Positions 26,290 to 39,400 of a stretch of DNA of 64,000 nt are shown here, piece after piece; the first letter of the stretch is position 1; each line of letters opens with the position of its first letter. Source of the stretch: Dipteris shenzhenensis (Eukaryota); assembly GCA_047967505.1 (NCBI GenBank), contig CM106538.1. One strand, given 5' to 3'. A program made the translations under genes and the position numbers. The notes beneath the pieces were generated by a model, which made no database searches, was not told the origin of the DNA, and saw only the letters and a list, made by a program, of their open reading frames with translations.

Positions 26290-28700
26290 ATGCCCAAAGC
26301 AAAAAATTCTGAAAAAGGAAAGGAGATTCAAATCTTAGATGAGGAAGATGAACAACCACTGACCTCACGCATCTTATTTTCATCTGTCGTGGCAACCCAA
26401 CGAGTGTTACATCCTCCTTGGACTATGCTACCAAGTGAGGACATCAACCCCCTCTTCTATTGGGGGATTTATCTAGCCCACAAGTGATGGCAAAGATATG
26501 GAAACAACTTTTTAAATCTATTATGGAAGCCCCTTGAGCCACCCACCATGTGGCTCAAACATGGGTACTACAACAAGCCTTATTCTACGAGCATCAAGAG
26601 CATGCACAATATGTCTGAGAGTTGCAGGGTTGGTAGCATGGTCTTGTCAACCTTTTAATAGATAGAGAGAAGAAAACAAGTGAGGAATTTACTCAGCTTC
26701 AAATGGCACACAAGCAACTCCAGATAGATCATGTTAAGACCTACACCAGTACAATGAGGCAATAAGCACTCTCAAGATAGCTCAGGATGATATTGCCTCC
26801 AAAGACTAATCGTGGTGCATCAAGAGAAGCAAATCAAAGTATTGAAGGGGCAACAAGGGGGCAAAAGTTGACTTACAACAGAGCCAAGAGAAGAGTGCTT
26901 AGGCAATGGGTAGCAAATCTAAAATAGATCTAGGATTTATGGCAAGATGTAGATGGCCTTTATAGTGGGATGCACTCCTTTGCAAGAAGAGTAGTACATT
27001 TGAGTGTATCAAATGGCTCCTGCATGCAACAAGCTAGGGACATGAATGCCATTGAATTGCAGAATGACAATTCAATGTTATTCTTGCCAAGATCCACACT
27101 GCACTAGTGAGTGTCCATACCAAGCAACTACTAACCATGCCATATCCTATTAATAAATGTCAAGGAACTCACTTTCTTAAGGATTGCCGATGTAAGGACG
27201 ATCAACCCGCACTCGGGCCTATCACAATGAATTCAAGCACTCTGTTGTGTTTTAGTTGTGGGGTGGATCATTTGTATAAAGATTGCCCCATGAGAAGAAC
27301 TCCTAGACCCGTCTCCCAATCCAAAGGCCAGCATTAACTTGTTGAGTACTGAGAGGGGCCATGTGTCCTCAGTATCATTGAATGTGATCATGAGGCCCAA
27401 GGTAAGTGCATAAGTAAGGAGCTCCACAAATAAGATAATAGGGAGAAGGCAACCACCTCCCAATCTAAGGGAAAAGACCAAGTGAGTGCAATTAAGGTAG
27501 GAAAGGTTCAAATCTGCTTGTCATCCAGAGTGGTTCTGATGAATAGAATGCAAGGGTCTCCACCTCGACCTCAATAGGTCCTACATGATCAGCGGTCTTA
27601 CTCCTTGCTATGACAGGACCTCAAGATAAGCTTAGGGTAGGTGAAACACAACACCATTGGTAGACATAAGTCCAGTAGGTCAAAATGAATACCCTGACTC
27701 ACCTATTGAAAAGCAATGTCTGGCAAAGGCATAGCAGTTAGTCTGGGAATGCCAAGAGAGATTTGAGTAGCCGCTCAGAACTAACAAAGGCATGGATACC
27801 ATCCACCCCAACCATCAAGTTCCAAAAAGAAGAACCTTAAAGCCCTGCCTACCCTAGATAAGGTAGATGAGATAATCACAAATATCACCTCATCGGGGAA
27901 GTCCCTACTATGTCATAAAGATGTCATAAGATGTTTGAAAAGGACCCTACTTGGCAAGCTATAAATGAGGACCTTGCATCCTTTTATGGGTTTGAAGAAC
28001 CCCAATCCAAGGGTTGAGAACCAATGGGTCAACCGCGAGATGTGGCAGGGCTTGCCGCATTCTTATCCATAGAGATAAAGATGCCCATAGCTGCCCTACT
28101 AAGATGAAATCCCATTCTTTTGAGAGATCTCTTCGATCCAATGAATGGGAAAATGGACAACCCTGAAGAAGTGGACACTAAGGTTGTCAAAGCCCCACAC
28201 GAGGAGCCGAATGTGCTAAAAATACCAATCAATAAGCCAGGCTAGTACTTTGAGAGTGATGACATGAATGCTCTAATTTTAATATTCTGCCAAAACAAGA
28301 AGGCCATAGCTGCTATCTTGGATGGTGGGGCGGGGGTCAGCATCATCATGAAGCACAGCTGATCAAAATGGGGAAAGCCTGAAATGGAGAGCACCAATCT
28401 GATTGTGAAATTAGCGATGGTGCGACGGCCCAGCTAGTGGGAGTCCTAAAGGATATAAAGATCCAAACCTTTCGTCTCACCTATCATGTGTGGTTTGTGT
28501 GGTGATGGACTTCCACAGGTAGCCGAATGGCTATTATGTCATCCTAGGCAAACCTTTTATGCGTGCCATAGGCCTAGTACATAATTGGGTCTCCAATAGA
28601 ATTTATCTTCACAAGGACAAGCACATAGTAAGGGTCAACCTATAGACTTGGAAGGCACATCCCATGACCAACAATCTATTTGTGGCTAAGTCAGACACTA
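26290..28700 (+). mobile_element. Degenerate gypsy-like gag-protease remnant (multiple Zn knuckles, aspartic protease), upstream of the copia C insertion
   Basis: CYSCQDPH..C, CQGTHFLKDC and CFSCGVDHLYKDCP knuckles; AILDGGAGVSII protease motif near 28310; ILGKPFMRA downstream. Confidence 0.65.
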
Positions 28701-29390
28701 CTCAGAGAACCACTCTGGTGAATGTATTCCAAGCCTGCAATGAAAGAGATAAAGGTGAGGACTAGGTTGAGCACTAGTATGCTTCGTTGCCCCAGAGCCC
28801 AAGTTCTCCTAGAATTGGATGCATGTCTTGGCAACTATAGACACGGCTGAAAAGACATGGACCAAGATGGCGGTTTACGATCTTGGGGGGCTGGGTATGA
28901 AAGTTCCCCTTAACATGATAAATGCCCTGAGGGCCCCAGCAGAGGATCACATGGTAAGGAAAGTGAGAATGGACCTTCACTGAGACTAAGATATGTTGGT
29001 GCCATTATGGTACACCATGAGTTCTCATCAAATAAGGGAGCCAGATTGAATAGAATAAAGGCCCCCTCGATTCCCTTAAGACAGAGGCCTGCTCCTTTTG
29101 CAGAGATGCCTACTAGAGTGGACATACCACCCCAAAAAACCAGAGCATCAAAGGACAAAGACACTAAACCCCTTGCAAGCGAAGGCAAATTTCTCCAAAA
29201 GCCATGGAAGAGGAGAGGGATGAGGAAGAGACCAATTTGCATCAAGTCCCTAGGCACTTTCAAGCTTACATAGTACAGGATTGCAGAATATTGCTAGAGC
29301 AAGCTAAAAGATCAGCGAAGCAAGGAGACCAAAATGGGTATGATGGTCCTACCAAGGTCAAGGAGGTGAACTTGGTTGGTACAGGAGAAG

Positions 29391-32300
29391 TGTTGAGATA
29401 TCGATCTCCACTCGCGATATGCCAGGGTGACCGTTGTGTATTTATGTCACAGACTTGTTAGCTGGAGATGCGGTTGGTACACCGCCCACGAATAATAGCT
29501 GGATGACAGCTATCCTTATCTACTCTAGTTTGTGGCTCAGTTAGTATGCCACCTTAGTTAGTTGAGTTTGGTTTGAGACCCACATATAGGGTTCTTCTAT
29601 TTCTTTGTACTAGAGTTCTTTTGGCTTTCACAACTAAGAAGAGGAAAACTGTTTTCAGCCTCCACCTTTGTGTGTATTCCCCCATTTGTGCATGTGAGAA
29701 AGCCTCAAGTGAGACTCCTTCCCTCTCTCCCACTATCTTCACATGGTATCAGAGCCTTGTTCGTGGTAAGGAGCTCAAGAAAGCAAGCCAAGTTCGTGGT
29801 GTCCTGGTAAGAGGACCAGTGTTGCTTTCCTATTTCGAGTTTGGGAGCAAATCTCTGCAGGTAGCATAGCCAGAAGTGCAAGAGTGCATTGTCTCAGATT
29901 GAGACGCCCTTCGCGGTGTGGCGAGAGCGCAGTATATGCTGCGGGACCCGTTTCTGATTTGAGGCCATTTCGGGGCCCATTTTGAAGGCGAAAGTTCTTC
30001 GCAGGCACTCAGAAAATGGCCCTGTTTTGGCTGTGCGACCACTGCGCAGCTAGTCGGTGGAAAGTTACCGCAGAAATTGCATTGTATGCCTATGTGCAGA
30101 GATATTGGGAGTTGCAGATTCATGCTTGTTGCCTGTTGATGCAAAATCGTCACTAGGAAGTGACTGTGTGGTGAAATACCACTTTCGTCAGTTTTGCAGA
30201 TCTGCCCGTGTGAGGCAAAAGCTGTGTTTTTTGTAGTGACAGAATATTTTGCAGTGTTCTGTAATGGCATCTGATTCTCTTTCACAGATTATCACTGAAA
30301 AGCTTGACAAGAACAACTTCCAGGCATGGAAGTTTAGAATGACGAATTTCTTGATGGGAAAAGGCTATTGGGATTTCATTACAGGAAATGAAGAAGAACC
30401 TGTTCTTCCTAATGTTCCCAATCAACAGGAAATGCAGGCATTCAAAGGATGGCACGAGAGAGCCAGGAAAGTTATGTACTGGCTGTCTATCAGTATTTCG
30501 GATTCCATGATTGTGCATATTCAGGATGCAAGTACGCCAAAGGAGGCATGGGATACTTTGGCAAAACCTTGGCAAAAATGTACAGCACAAATATGCAAGC
30601 CAGGAAAATGTAGCTCAAATAGGAGTTGCACAATGTGCAGAGAGAAAATTTGAGCATAAACGACTACCACATGAAGGTGAAGAAAATTGCAGATGCACTT
30701 GCTTCCATTGGGTCGCTAGTGGAAGATGATGATCTAGTTTCTGTGACCTTGAATGGTCTAGGAAAGGATTATGCACAGTTCCAGACATCCATTACCGTCC
30801 GTGAAAAATTTCCAGATTTTGAAGAGTTGTTTGCTCTTCTAATTTTTGAAGAGCAGAGAAATGGGGGTGCATCTTCTTTAGGAGGAACTTCAAAAGAAAC
30901 TGTCTTCTACTCAAATGCTGGCAGAGGTAGAGGCAGAGGTAGAGGAGGCCGATCCACAGGCCGTGGTAGAAATCAGAATATGTAGCAAACGCAAGAAAAC
31001 TAGTCCTATGCAAGAGGACGTGGTAACTCTAGAGGCAGGGGGAGCCAAAGAGGCCGTGGTGGATGGCAGAGAGGCCAAAATGCAAAACGGCAATGTTGAA
31101 TGCTACTACTGTGGCAAAATCGGTCATATGGCTAAGGATTGCTATAAAAAGCAGAATGACATTATGAATGGAAAATTATAGCAAGGCAATTATGCATCTT
31201 CTAGTAGGCAGGGTGATGACATAAATGAGCATCTATTTATGGTGCAGCATATGACCAATTTTGTGACAAGTGCAGAAGAACAAAATGATGTGTGGTACGT
31301 TGACTCAGGTGCATCAAACCACATGACAGGTCATGCAAAATGGATGCAAGATGCAAGGAAAATGGAAAAGCCAGGATTTGTGGAGACTGGTGATGATACT
31401 GCACATCCTATTGTGCAGATTGGTAAAATTCCTTTGTCTATGCGGGATGGGAAAAAGAAATACCTGTTTGATGTATTTCATGTCCCGAACATCACCAAGA
31501 ACCTGGTTTCTGGCGGTCAAATGGTTGAGCAGGGCTTGCAGGTTAGATTTAATCCTCATGGATGCTTTGTTGAGGATATGAAAAATAACGGTCGCTTGAT
31601 AGCAAAAGGAAAGAAGAAGGGCAGGATGTTTACATTGGATGCGGACATGCCTGAATTGAGTGTAGCAATGTTTGCACATGGGACCGGTGTAGTTGCAGAT
31701 ATTGATATCTGGCACAAACACATTGGTCATGTTAATATACAGCGACTTAAATCAATGCAAGCCCAAAATATTGTTGCAGGATTGCCTAAATTCAAGGTTG
31801 TAGAAATGCACAAGGTTTGTGAAGCCTGTCAATTTGGGAAACAGGCAAGGAAACCTTTTCCTAGGCATGTTCAAGAGAGTAAAAAGCCATTGGAATTAAT
31901 CCACTCTGATGTGTGGACTACTAAAGCTGCATCTATTGGAGGCTGTCACTATTTTGTCACATTTATTGATGACTTCAGCAGAAAACTGTGGGTGTATTTT
32001 ATGAAAAAGAAAAGTGAAGTGTTTGGGCACTTCAAAGCTTTCAAAGCTATGGTTGAAAAAGGAACAGGCCTGCAAATAAACTGCCTAAGGTCAGATGGAG
32101 GGGGAGAGTACCTCTCAAGAGTACCTCTCAAATGAGTTTGCAAGGTTCTTGCAGGAGCATGGTATAAAGCAGCAATATTCATGCAGTCATACTCCATAGC
32201 AAAATGGAATTGTAGAAAGGAAAAACAGGCATATTGGAGAGGTATCTCGGGCTATGCTAAATGAAAAAGATCTACCAGATTATTATTGGGCTGAAGCAGT

Positions 32301-34785
32301 TGCTACAGCAGTTTATATAATGAATAGGACTCCCACTGCAGCAATACATGGCATGACGCCAGAGGAGATGTATACTGGTAGGAAACCAGATATTTCTCAT
32401 TTGAAAATTTTTTGTTGCATTGCCTATGTCCATGTGCCAGATGAGTTGAGGTCCAAGTTGGATCCAAAAGCTAAGAAGTGTGTCTTTATTGGTTATTCTC
32501 TGCAGCAAAAAGGGTATAGATGCTATAACGCTTCTACACGTAAGTTCACAGTGAGCAGAGATGTTGTTTTTGATGAGATGAGTAGCTGGTATAAACCAGT
32601 AAATGTGATGATTGATGTAGATGCACAAAATGGTAATGCTGCACAGAATTCACAGCAGCAATCACAAAATATTAGTGGACCTGGAGTGTCCTCTAGCAGT
32701 GGTTCACATACTTCACCATGGACAGGCAGATTGAGATCAGGAGAATCTCCTCAAAGCAATGCAGAGAGTGGTATGCAGGTATCACGAAAAGGAAAAGAGA
32801 AGGTAGATCAACCCATGTTTGATGTGAATGCAGGTCACTCTTGTGTGGATGGTGAATCCAGTAGCTCTGAACAGAGCATTGATGATGAGTTGGGTATTCC
32901 CTCTGTTGTTACACCTGGAGTAAGGAAGACCAGGGATGTTTTGAGAGCACCTGGAAGTGAGCCTATTTTGCGCAGGTCTACCAGGGTTAGGTATCCTGTG
33001 GATAGGCTGAAATATGATAAATTTACAACCATTCACTATGCCTATATGGTCAAAGTGATACAGGAACCAGAACCCACTTCTTTTGAGCAAGCCATGGGAA
33101 ATGAAAAATGGGAGAAAGCCATGGATGAAGAAATGGATGCCTTGGATGCAAATGCTACATGGGAATTGGTGCCTTTGCCTAAAGACAAGAATGCAATTGG
33201 CTGTAAGTGGGTTTATAAGATCAAGCACAATGCAGATGGTTCTGTGAATAGATACAAGGCAAGATTAGTTGTCAAGGGGTAGGCACAGACATATGGCATT
33301 GATTATGAAGAAACTTTCAGCCCAGTTGCAAGGATGGCAACCGTAAGAGCAGCCATTGCTATGGCTGCATCAAAGGGATGGTCTTTAAATCAGATGGATG
33401 TAAAGAATGCCTTCTTGCATGGTGATTTGCAAGAAGAGGTCTTTATGGAGCAGCCAGCAGGTTATGTTCATGCTACTCATCCTGAGTTTGTTTGCAGGTT
33501 GAAGAAAGCCTTGTATGGCTTGAAGCAAGCACCTAGAGCATGGTCTGACAAGATAGGACAGTATCTTGTCACTATTGGCTTTCAGATTTCCAAGGCAGAT
33601 TTCTCACTCTATGTGAGAAAAACAGAGAAAGGGATTATGCTGTTGGTCATTTATGTTGATGATTTGATCATCACAGGTGATAGTGATGAAGATATCCTTC
33701 ATGTGAAAATGCTATTGAGGCAGAAGTTTGTGATGAAGGATTTGGGAGAGCTGCGTTATTTCTTGGGCATTGAGGTGATTGATCACCAAGTGGGATACAG
33801 CTCTTGCAGAGGCAGTATGGATTGGACATGCTGTTCAAATATGGGATGACAGGCTGTAAGCCTATTTCAGTTCATTTGGAGTAGATTGTGAAGCTGAGCG
33901 CAGATGCAGGTGAGCTTCTGGAAGACCCTACTATGTACAGACGTATAGTATTACCAGGCCAGATTTGAGCTATGCTATTGGGTTGGTAAGTAAATTTATG
34001 CAGGCTCCAAGGAAACCGCATTTGGATGCGGCTAGACGCATACTCAGGTATGTGAAGTCCACATTGCAGTATGGACTATTTTATGAGGCTAGGGTTCAGA
34101 TACAGTTGCATGGATACACTGATGCTGATTGGGCTGGTAGTATTTCTGATAGACGATCTACCAGTGGATATGTGTTCTCTTTTGGGAGTGCTGCAGTCAC
34201 TTGGAGCAGCAAGAAACAGCCTACAGTTGCCTTGTCGAGCACAGAGGCTGAGTACAGGGGTGCAGCGATGGCTGCATGTGAGGTAGCTTGGTTGCATAAG
34301 CTACTTTATGATATGCATTAGTCTACAGATGGGCCAGTTGTCATTTATTGTGACAACATGAGCAGTATACACTTGGCAAAGGACCCAATCTTTCATGCTA
34401 GAACAAAGCACATTGAGGTGCATTATCACTATGTGCGGGAGAAAGTGTTACTAGGTCTTATTGATCTAGTTTATGTCAGCACAGAGGATCAGGTAGCTAA
34501 CATATTCACGAAAGCATTGGGCGCAGAGAAGCTACGCAAGTTCAGAGACCTGCTTGGTGTGCAGGAATTGGGATTGAGCTCGAGGGGGAGTGTTGAGATA
34601 TCGACTCCACTCGCGATATGCCAGGGTGACCGTTGTGTATTTATGTCACCGACTTGTTAGCAGGAGATGCGGTTGGTACACCGCCCACGAATAATAGCTA
34701 GATGACAGCTATCCTTATCTACTCTAGTTTGTGGCTCAGTTAGTATGCCACCTTAGTTAGTTGAGTTTGGTTTGAGACCCACATA
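29391..34785 (+). mobile_element. Ty1/copia element (copia C) with truncated 3' LTR
   Basis: 5' LTR 29391-29743, PBS 29744-29755, gag-pol 30264-34590 with stops/frameshifts, PPT GAGGGGGAG. 3' LTR identity runs only 34591-34785. Confidence 0.95.
30264..34620 (+). pseudogene. copia C gag-pol (disrupted)
   Basis: EKLDKNNFQAWKFRM, CYYCGKIGHMAKDC, WYVDSGAS, LRSDGGGEY, YVDDL, SSTEAEY. Confidence 0.93.
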
Positions 34786-35109
34786 AACACTTATTTCATT
34801 AATTTTGGACTTGTCAATGTACAAATTCATTTTTACATATACTTTTGGACTAGTTTTCAGATAAAATTTAAGAAAAACCCAATCTTCAAAGCACATATAA
34901 AAACATAAAAACAAGCATTTTTATATATATTTTTTAAGGACATGAAACTAAAATTATAAAATTTAACGCAGCCTACATAAGTTACATGAAAAAATAAGAT
35001 TCGGTTGTTGTAAACTCTCTTAATATTTAATGGTGTTAATAAACACCTTCAAAAGTTAAGCCTGAGATTTTCAAGACTACAGCCATTCAATTTGATGAAT
35101 TTTCTATTT

Positions 35110-35547
35110 TCAAGTCCTTAGCCTAAATTCAACCCATTCAAGAGCTGAGCTCATCTCTTCCTCATTGATGTAGTTAAAATTATAGAAGAGAAGTAAGGAT
35201 TGATGAATTTTCTCCTGCATAATAACACTTTGTTTTTTTCGAATGGCTTGTGCTTCCTCGGGGGAAAATCTTCCATAACGAGCCACACGTGAAGATATCT
35301 CACTTTGAAAGTCTATCAACTCTCTCCTATATGACTGCAATTTATCTATTTCAGTAGTAGCCATACTTATTTTTCTTTCCTCTTCCTTCTCTAAGCCCTT
35401 CTGACAAGCAAAGTCATCCTTCTCGTACTGGGTTAATGGAGCTGGATTTTTCTTTCTCTCCTCTCTCTTTCCTTGGTTCTCGGCAATCCATTCTTTGAGG
35501 CTGCTAATGGCTTGCTCGACAAAATCGATTACCTTAAAAAGATCCAT
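35110..35547 (-). CDS. Hypothetical 145-aa helical/coiled-coil protein
   Basis: ATG at 35547, MDLFKVIDFVEQAISSLKEW...EWVEFRLRT*. Intact, protein-like composition. The upstream part of the 328-aa ORF is translated repeat. Confidence 0.45.
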   Translation of the reverse strand: MDLFKVIDFVEQAISSLKEWIAENQGKREERKKNPAPLTQYEKDDFACQKGLEKEEERKISMATTEIDKLQSYRRELIDFQSEISSRVARYGRFSPEEAQAIRKKQSVIMQEKIHQSLLLFYNFNYINEEEMSSALEWVEFRLRT

Positions 35548-35555
35548 AATGGCTG

Positions 35556-35965
35556 CAAGATGAAAGGAGTATGCTTGAGAAGAGGAGGTAAGGCTGCGGG
35601 CAAGATGGAAGGAGCAAGCTTGAGGAGAGGAGTAAGGTAAGAAGAGTAAAGTGGAAGAAGTGTGGAGAGGAGTAAGGTAAGAAGAGTAAAGTGGAAGAAG
35701 TTTTTGCTGCGGGTGAGATATAGAAGACGAACGAGGTGAGGAAGGTAACGAGAGTGAGGAAAGATATAGAAGACGAACGAGGTGAGGAAGGTAACGAGAG
35801 TGAGGAAGGTAACTAGAGGAGGTAAGGCAAGATGAAAGGAGTATGCTTGAGAAGAGGAGGCAAGGCTGCGGGCAAGATGGAAGGAGCAAGCTTGAGGAGA
35901 GGAGTAAGGTAAGAAGAGCAAAGTGGAAGAAGTGTCTACTGCGGGTGAGATATAGAAGATGAACG
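35556..35965. repeat. Purine-rich nested direct repeats (~270-bp period with internal ~20-45-bp units)
   Basis: CAAGATGAAAGGAGTATGCTTGAGAAGAGGAGG..GCAAGATGGAAGGAGCAAGCTTGAGG at ~35556 and ~35828. Confidence 0.85.
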
Positions 35966-36490
35966 ACTACTAGGGAATTTATAGAACTACAGATGCAAGA
36001 CCGTAATGCGAAATGACTAGATGCAAGATCGTAATGCGAGACATTATAAAATAAAATGATGGGATGCAAGACCGTAATGGGAGACATTTGAGACATGTAA
36101 GATAGTGATAGTACATTGAAATCTATAAAATAAAATGATGGAACACAAAAATGATATAATTAATAGAATCTCATCATGAGATATTCTTTTAATATAATAT
36201 AAGTTATACTTGCTATACATAATAAATGATAGATTTTGAGTACATTGAAATCTATAAAATAAAGTGATGGAACATAAGAATGATATAATTATTAGATTCT
36301 CATCATAAGATATTTATTGTACATAATAAATTAGACTTTCAAAAAAGTAAAACCTAATGTATTGTAATGAATAAATATCATAAAATATCCTAATATATTG
36401 CAACATTTAACATAAGTTTTAAAAACACTATCATTAATCAATACAAACAAGATAAAAATCTTCAAGGACTCATGTTTCTTTCTACATGTT

Positions 36491-39400
36491 TTACAACTGA
36501 ATAGAGTCTGATGAGCCCTCTTGAGGCTGTGATTCTCTAAGAGTACATTGAGTCTCTACTTGTTTGGATGGTGTACATTGAGATTCTACTTCTGGTGCAA
36601 TCGGGATAGACTTAATCTCTTCCTCCTTTACAAGATGTGATGTTGTAGATGCACATTGAGTCTCCACTTCTTGTGTAGGAAGAATGCATTGAGTCTCTAA
36701 TTCAAGTGTAGACTGTAATGCTTCTACTTGAGGCTGTGATACAGAAGGAGACTGAATTGTCTCTTCTTTTTCTTTGGCTCCCTCAGGTTCTTCATTGAGT
36801 CCATCATGTTGTTTCCCAATGATAGCAGTTAGATAGTGAACAATCTTAGCCACAAAATCTTGTAGCTCGAGCTTGGTATATGCTTCTATGGAGACATGTT
36901 CAAAAATTTCATTGAGATACAACATGAAGTTGTAGGCAATTCTCCACCCACTACTAAACATGTCTTTTTGCTCCCCTGCGAGGCGTGTCTGGAAATTTGG
37001 TTGGTCTTGATGCTTCCTGATTTTCATAATCATAGAAACTAACTTGTTTGCAGACCTGTCCATCATGACATATGACAAAGTGAATTTGTGTAGTAAATAC
37101 TAAGATGCATGTTCATAATGATATGATAAAAGAACACTTATCTGAACACCCCGTGAAAGCCTGTAATTGAGTTGACAAACCAACAATGGTTGTCATCAAG
37201 GTCCCATACTATCAGGCTCCAATGTGAACTACATCACCAATAAAGAACGATAAGATTTATCACAATATTAAGTATTAATTGACACAATATTATAAATAAG
37301 AGAGTAAAAGAAAGATTGAGACCATACTTACTTCTCATAGTATGGCATAAAGACAAGTAGTATGCCATCCAAGTCTAAAGGTTGTAGAATTGAACAAACA
37401 TCATCTACTGTCTTCTTGGTATCACTAAGTACAGCTGAAAGAAGAGAATCGAGCATACAGACGCGATTCTGTTCTGATCTAGGAAAATGAGATATAACCG
37501 TACTACAGCAATAAATAAACAAATGTTAGAAGCAAATTGAATCAAATGATTGAAGTATCAAGCCAAGAGATGTTCATATCAAACCTGAGGATGGCCATCA
37601 TGACTTTGTCATTAGCCTCTTTCAAAGGGTCGGAGAGGATTGTAACTTCCTCGCTACCAAAAGTCAAAACACGAGGTTGCTTGCTAATGATGACCTTAAC
37701 CTCAGAAGAGCTCCCCATTTCGTCCAATATAGCGGTTACATCAGGACAACTTATGGGCGTAGCAACCAATGTTTCCTCTGGATGCTCCACCACATTATCA
37801 ATAAATGCATTAATGATAGATGACATAAATGCATATAGATGCAAGTCTGTATATGTGGACAATGAGGTTTCACCGCCTCTCAAATTAAAAATTTGAGCAA
37901 GGAGCAAAAAGCAGTTATATCCGACTCTCCACCCACAACTGTGGTCATCATTCTGCTTCGCTGCAGGGCATGTTACATACTCTATTTGATCTTCCAAGTC
38001 ACCCTCCATTTGCATAAGTGCATCTATAGCACTTACCAACTTTCGAGCAGATCTACACATCAAAAATAAAAAACATAAATGAATGTGCGCATTGCATAGG
38101 ATGCATCTCATTGACATAATTATGACACAAGTAGGTTATACTTACTCTGACACACTGCCATGGATAGATGCTATTGAATTGACAAAGAAGCATTGCTTGG
38201 CTAAGATGTCCACAATTACCAAGCTCCAATGCAAGCTGCATTATCAATTAAGAATAATTATTATTTGATATAATCCTCCACAATGTAAGAGATAAGCTAG
38301 GTAGGGATTGATACTCACTTCTCGTGATATGCGGTAAAGATAACTCGCGCCGCAGTCAAATCAATAGGTTGCAACCACTTAAAAACATCATCTATGGTCT
38401 TCTGATTATTGCTAAGTACACTAGAAACAAGAGGATCGACCATATATGCACATCTTTGTATATATAGCGGAAGCTGTTGTAAAACCATACTGCAATAAAA
38501 AGAAAAGAATATTAGTTCATTTGATCCAATGGAAATACAAAAGCATAAAGTCAGTAAAAAGTTTGTGTCAAACCTGAGGATGGTTATTATAACCTTGTCA
38601 TTGACCTCTTTCTTGAAGTTTATGAGGATTGAAATGTCCTCTTCATCGAATATAAAAGTAAGAGGTTGTTCTCGAACTTGAAACCTAACTTGAAATGACT
38701 TCTCCATTTGCTGCAATGTATGATTATTTTCTAGAGTCATCCGACGGATAGCCAGAGCAGCTTTGCTTTCTTGAGATGAGCTTTCTATATTCTTTGCTTC
38801 AGCTATGTCCTCCTCATCCTCCTCCTCTCCCTTCTCCTATAAAAGGATAAAATAATTATGAGATTCAAAATTTTAAATTAATTATAAATTTAAAAAGACC
38901 TTTAAATAAATAAAGAAAATTAAACATAAGTTTTCATACCTCTACATATCTTCGTGATCTTTTTATGTAACCTTCAGAGGTAAGGTCAGTGTCATATCCA
39001 TCTTCTTCTGCTTCCTTGCTATCGCTAGTGTCCTCACTATGATATCCAGAGCTTTGATCATTTTCATCATCTTTCTTGCTCTCATCATACATGATCATCT
39101 CTATGTCATCCTCTTCATGTGAGATCGGACCTTTCTTATCAAACTTTATTGTGAGAGAAGCCACGGTATCAAGGTATTCCAAGCAAGCAGGGCTCTCAAT
39201 AATATTTACATTGTGTCCTTTTCTGATAAGAGCTTCAAACAGATGTCCCATTTGGCACAATGTGACTTCCCATCCGGACGGTAGCAAAAATTCCATCATA
39301 CTAATTAAAAGATCAGCACTTTTTGCTGGCCTTTCATAGTGATTTGCGTTGCGATGGAGGGGACTTGGAGCTTCATGCTCTTCCAGCAGTAGTTGCAATC

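Noticed and set aside
35548-36096. Leu/Ser-rich N-terminal part of the 328-aa ORF as a membrane protein
   Set aside because: It is a translation of purine/pyrimidine-biased tandem repeats.
37136-37141. ATAAGT donor as a non-canonical or U12 intron
   Set aside because: It does not match the U12 ATATCC consensus, and the decayed paralog shows ATAAGT at another intron where this copy has GTAAGT. Point mutation is more likely.
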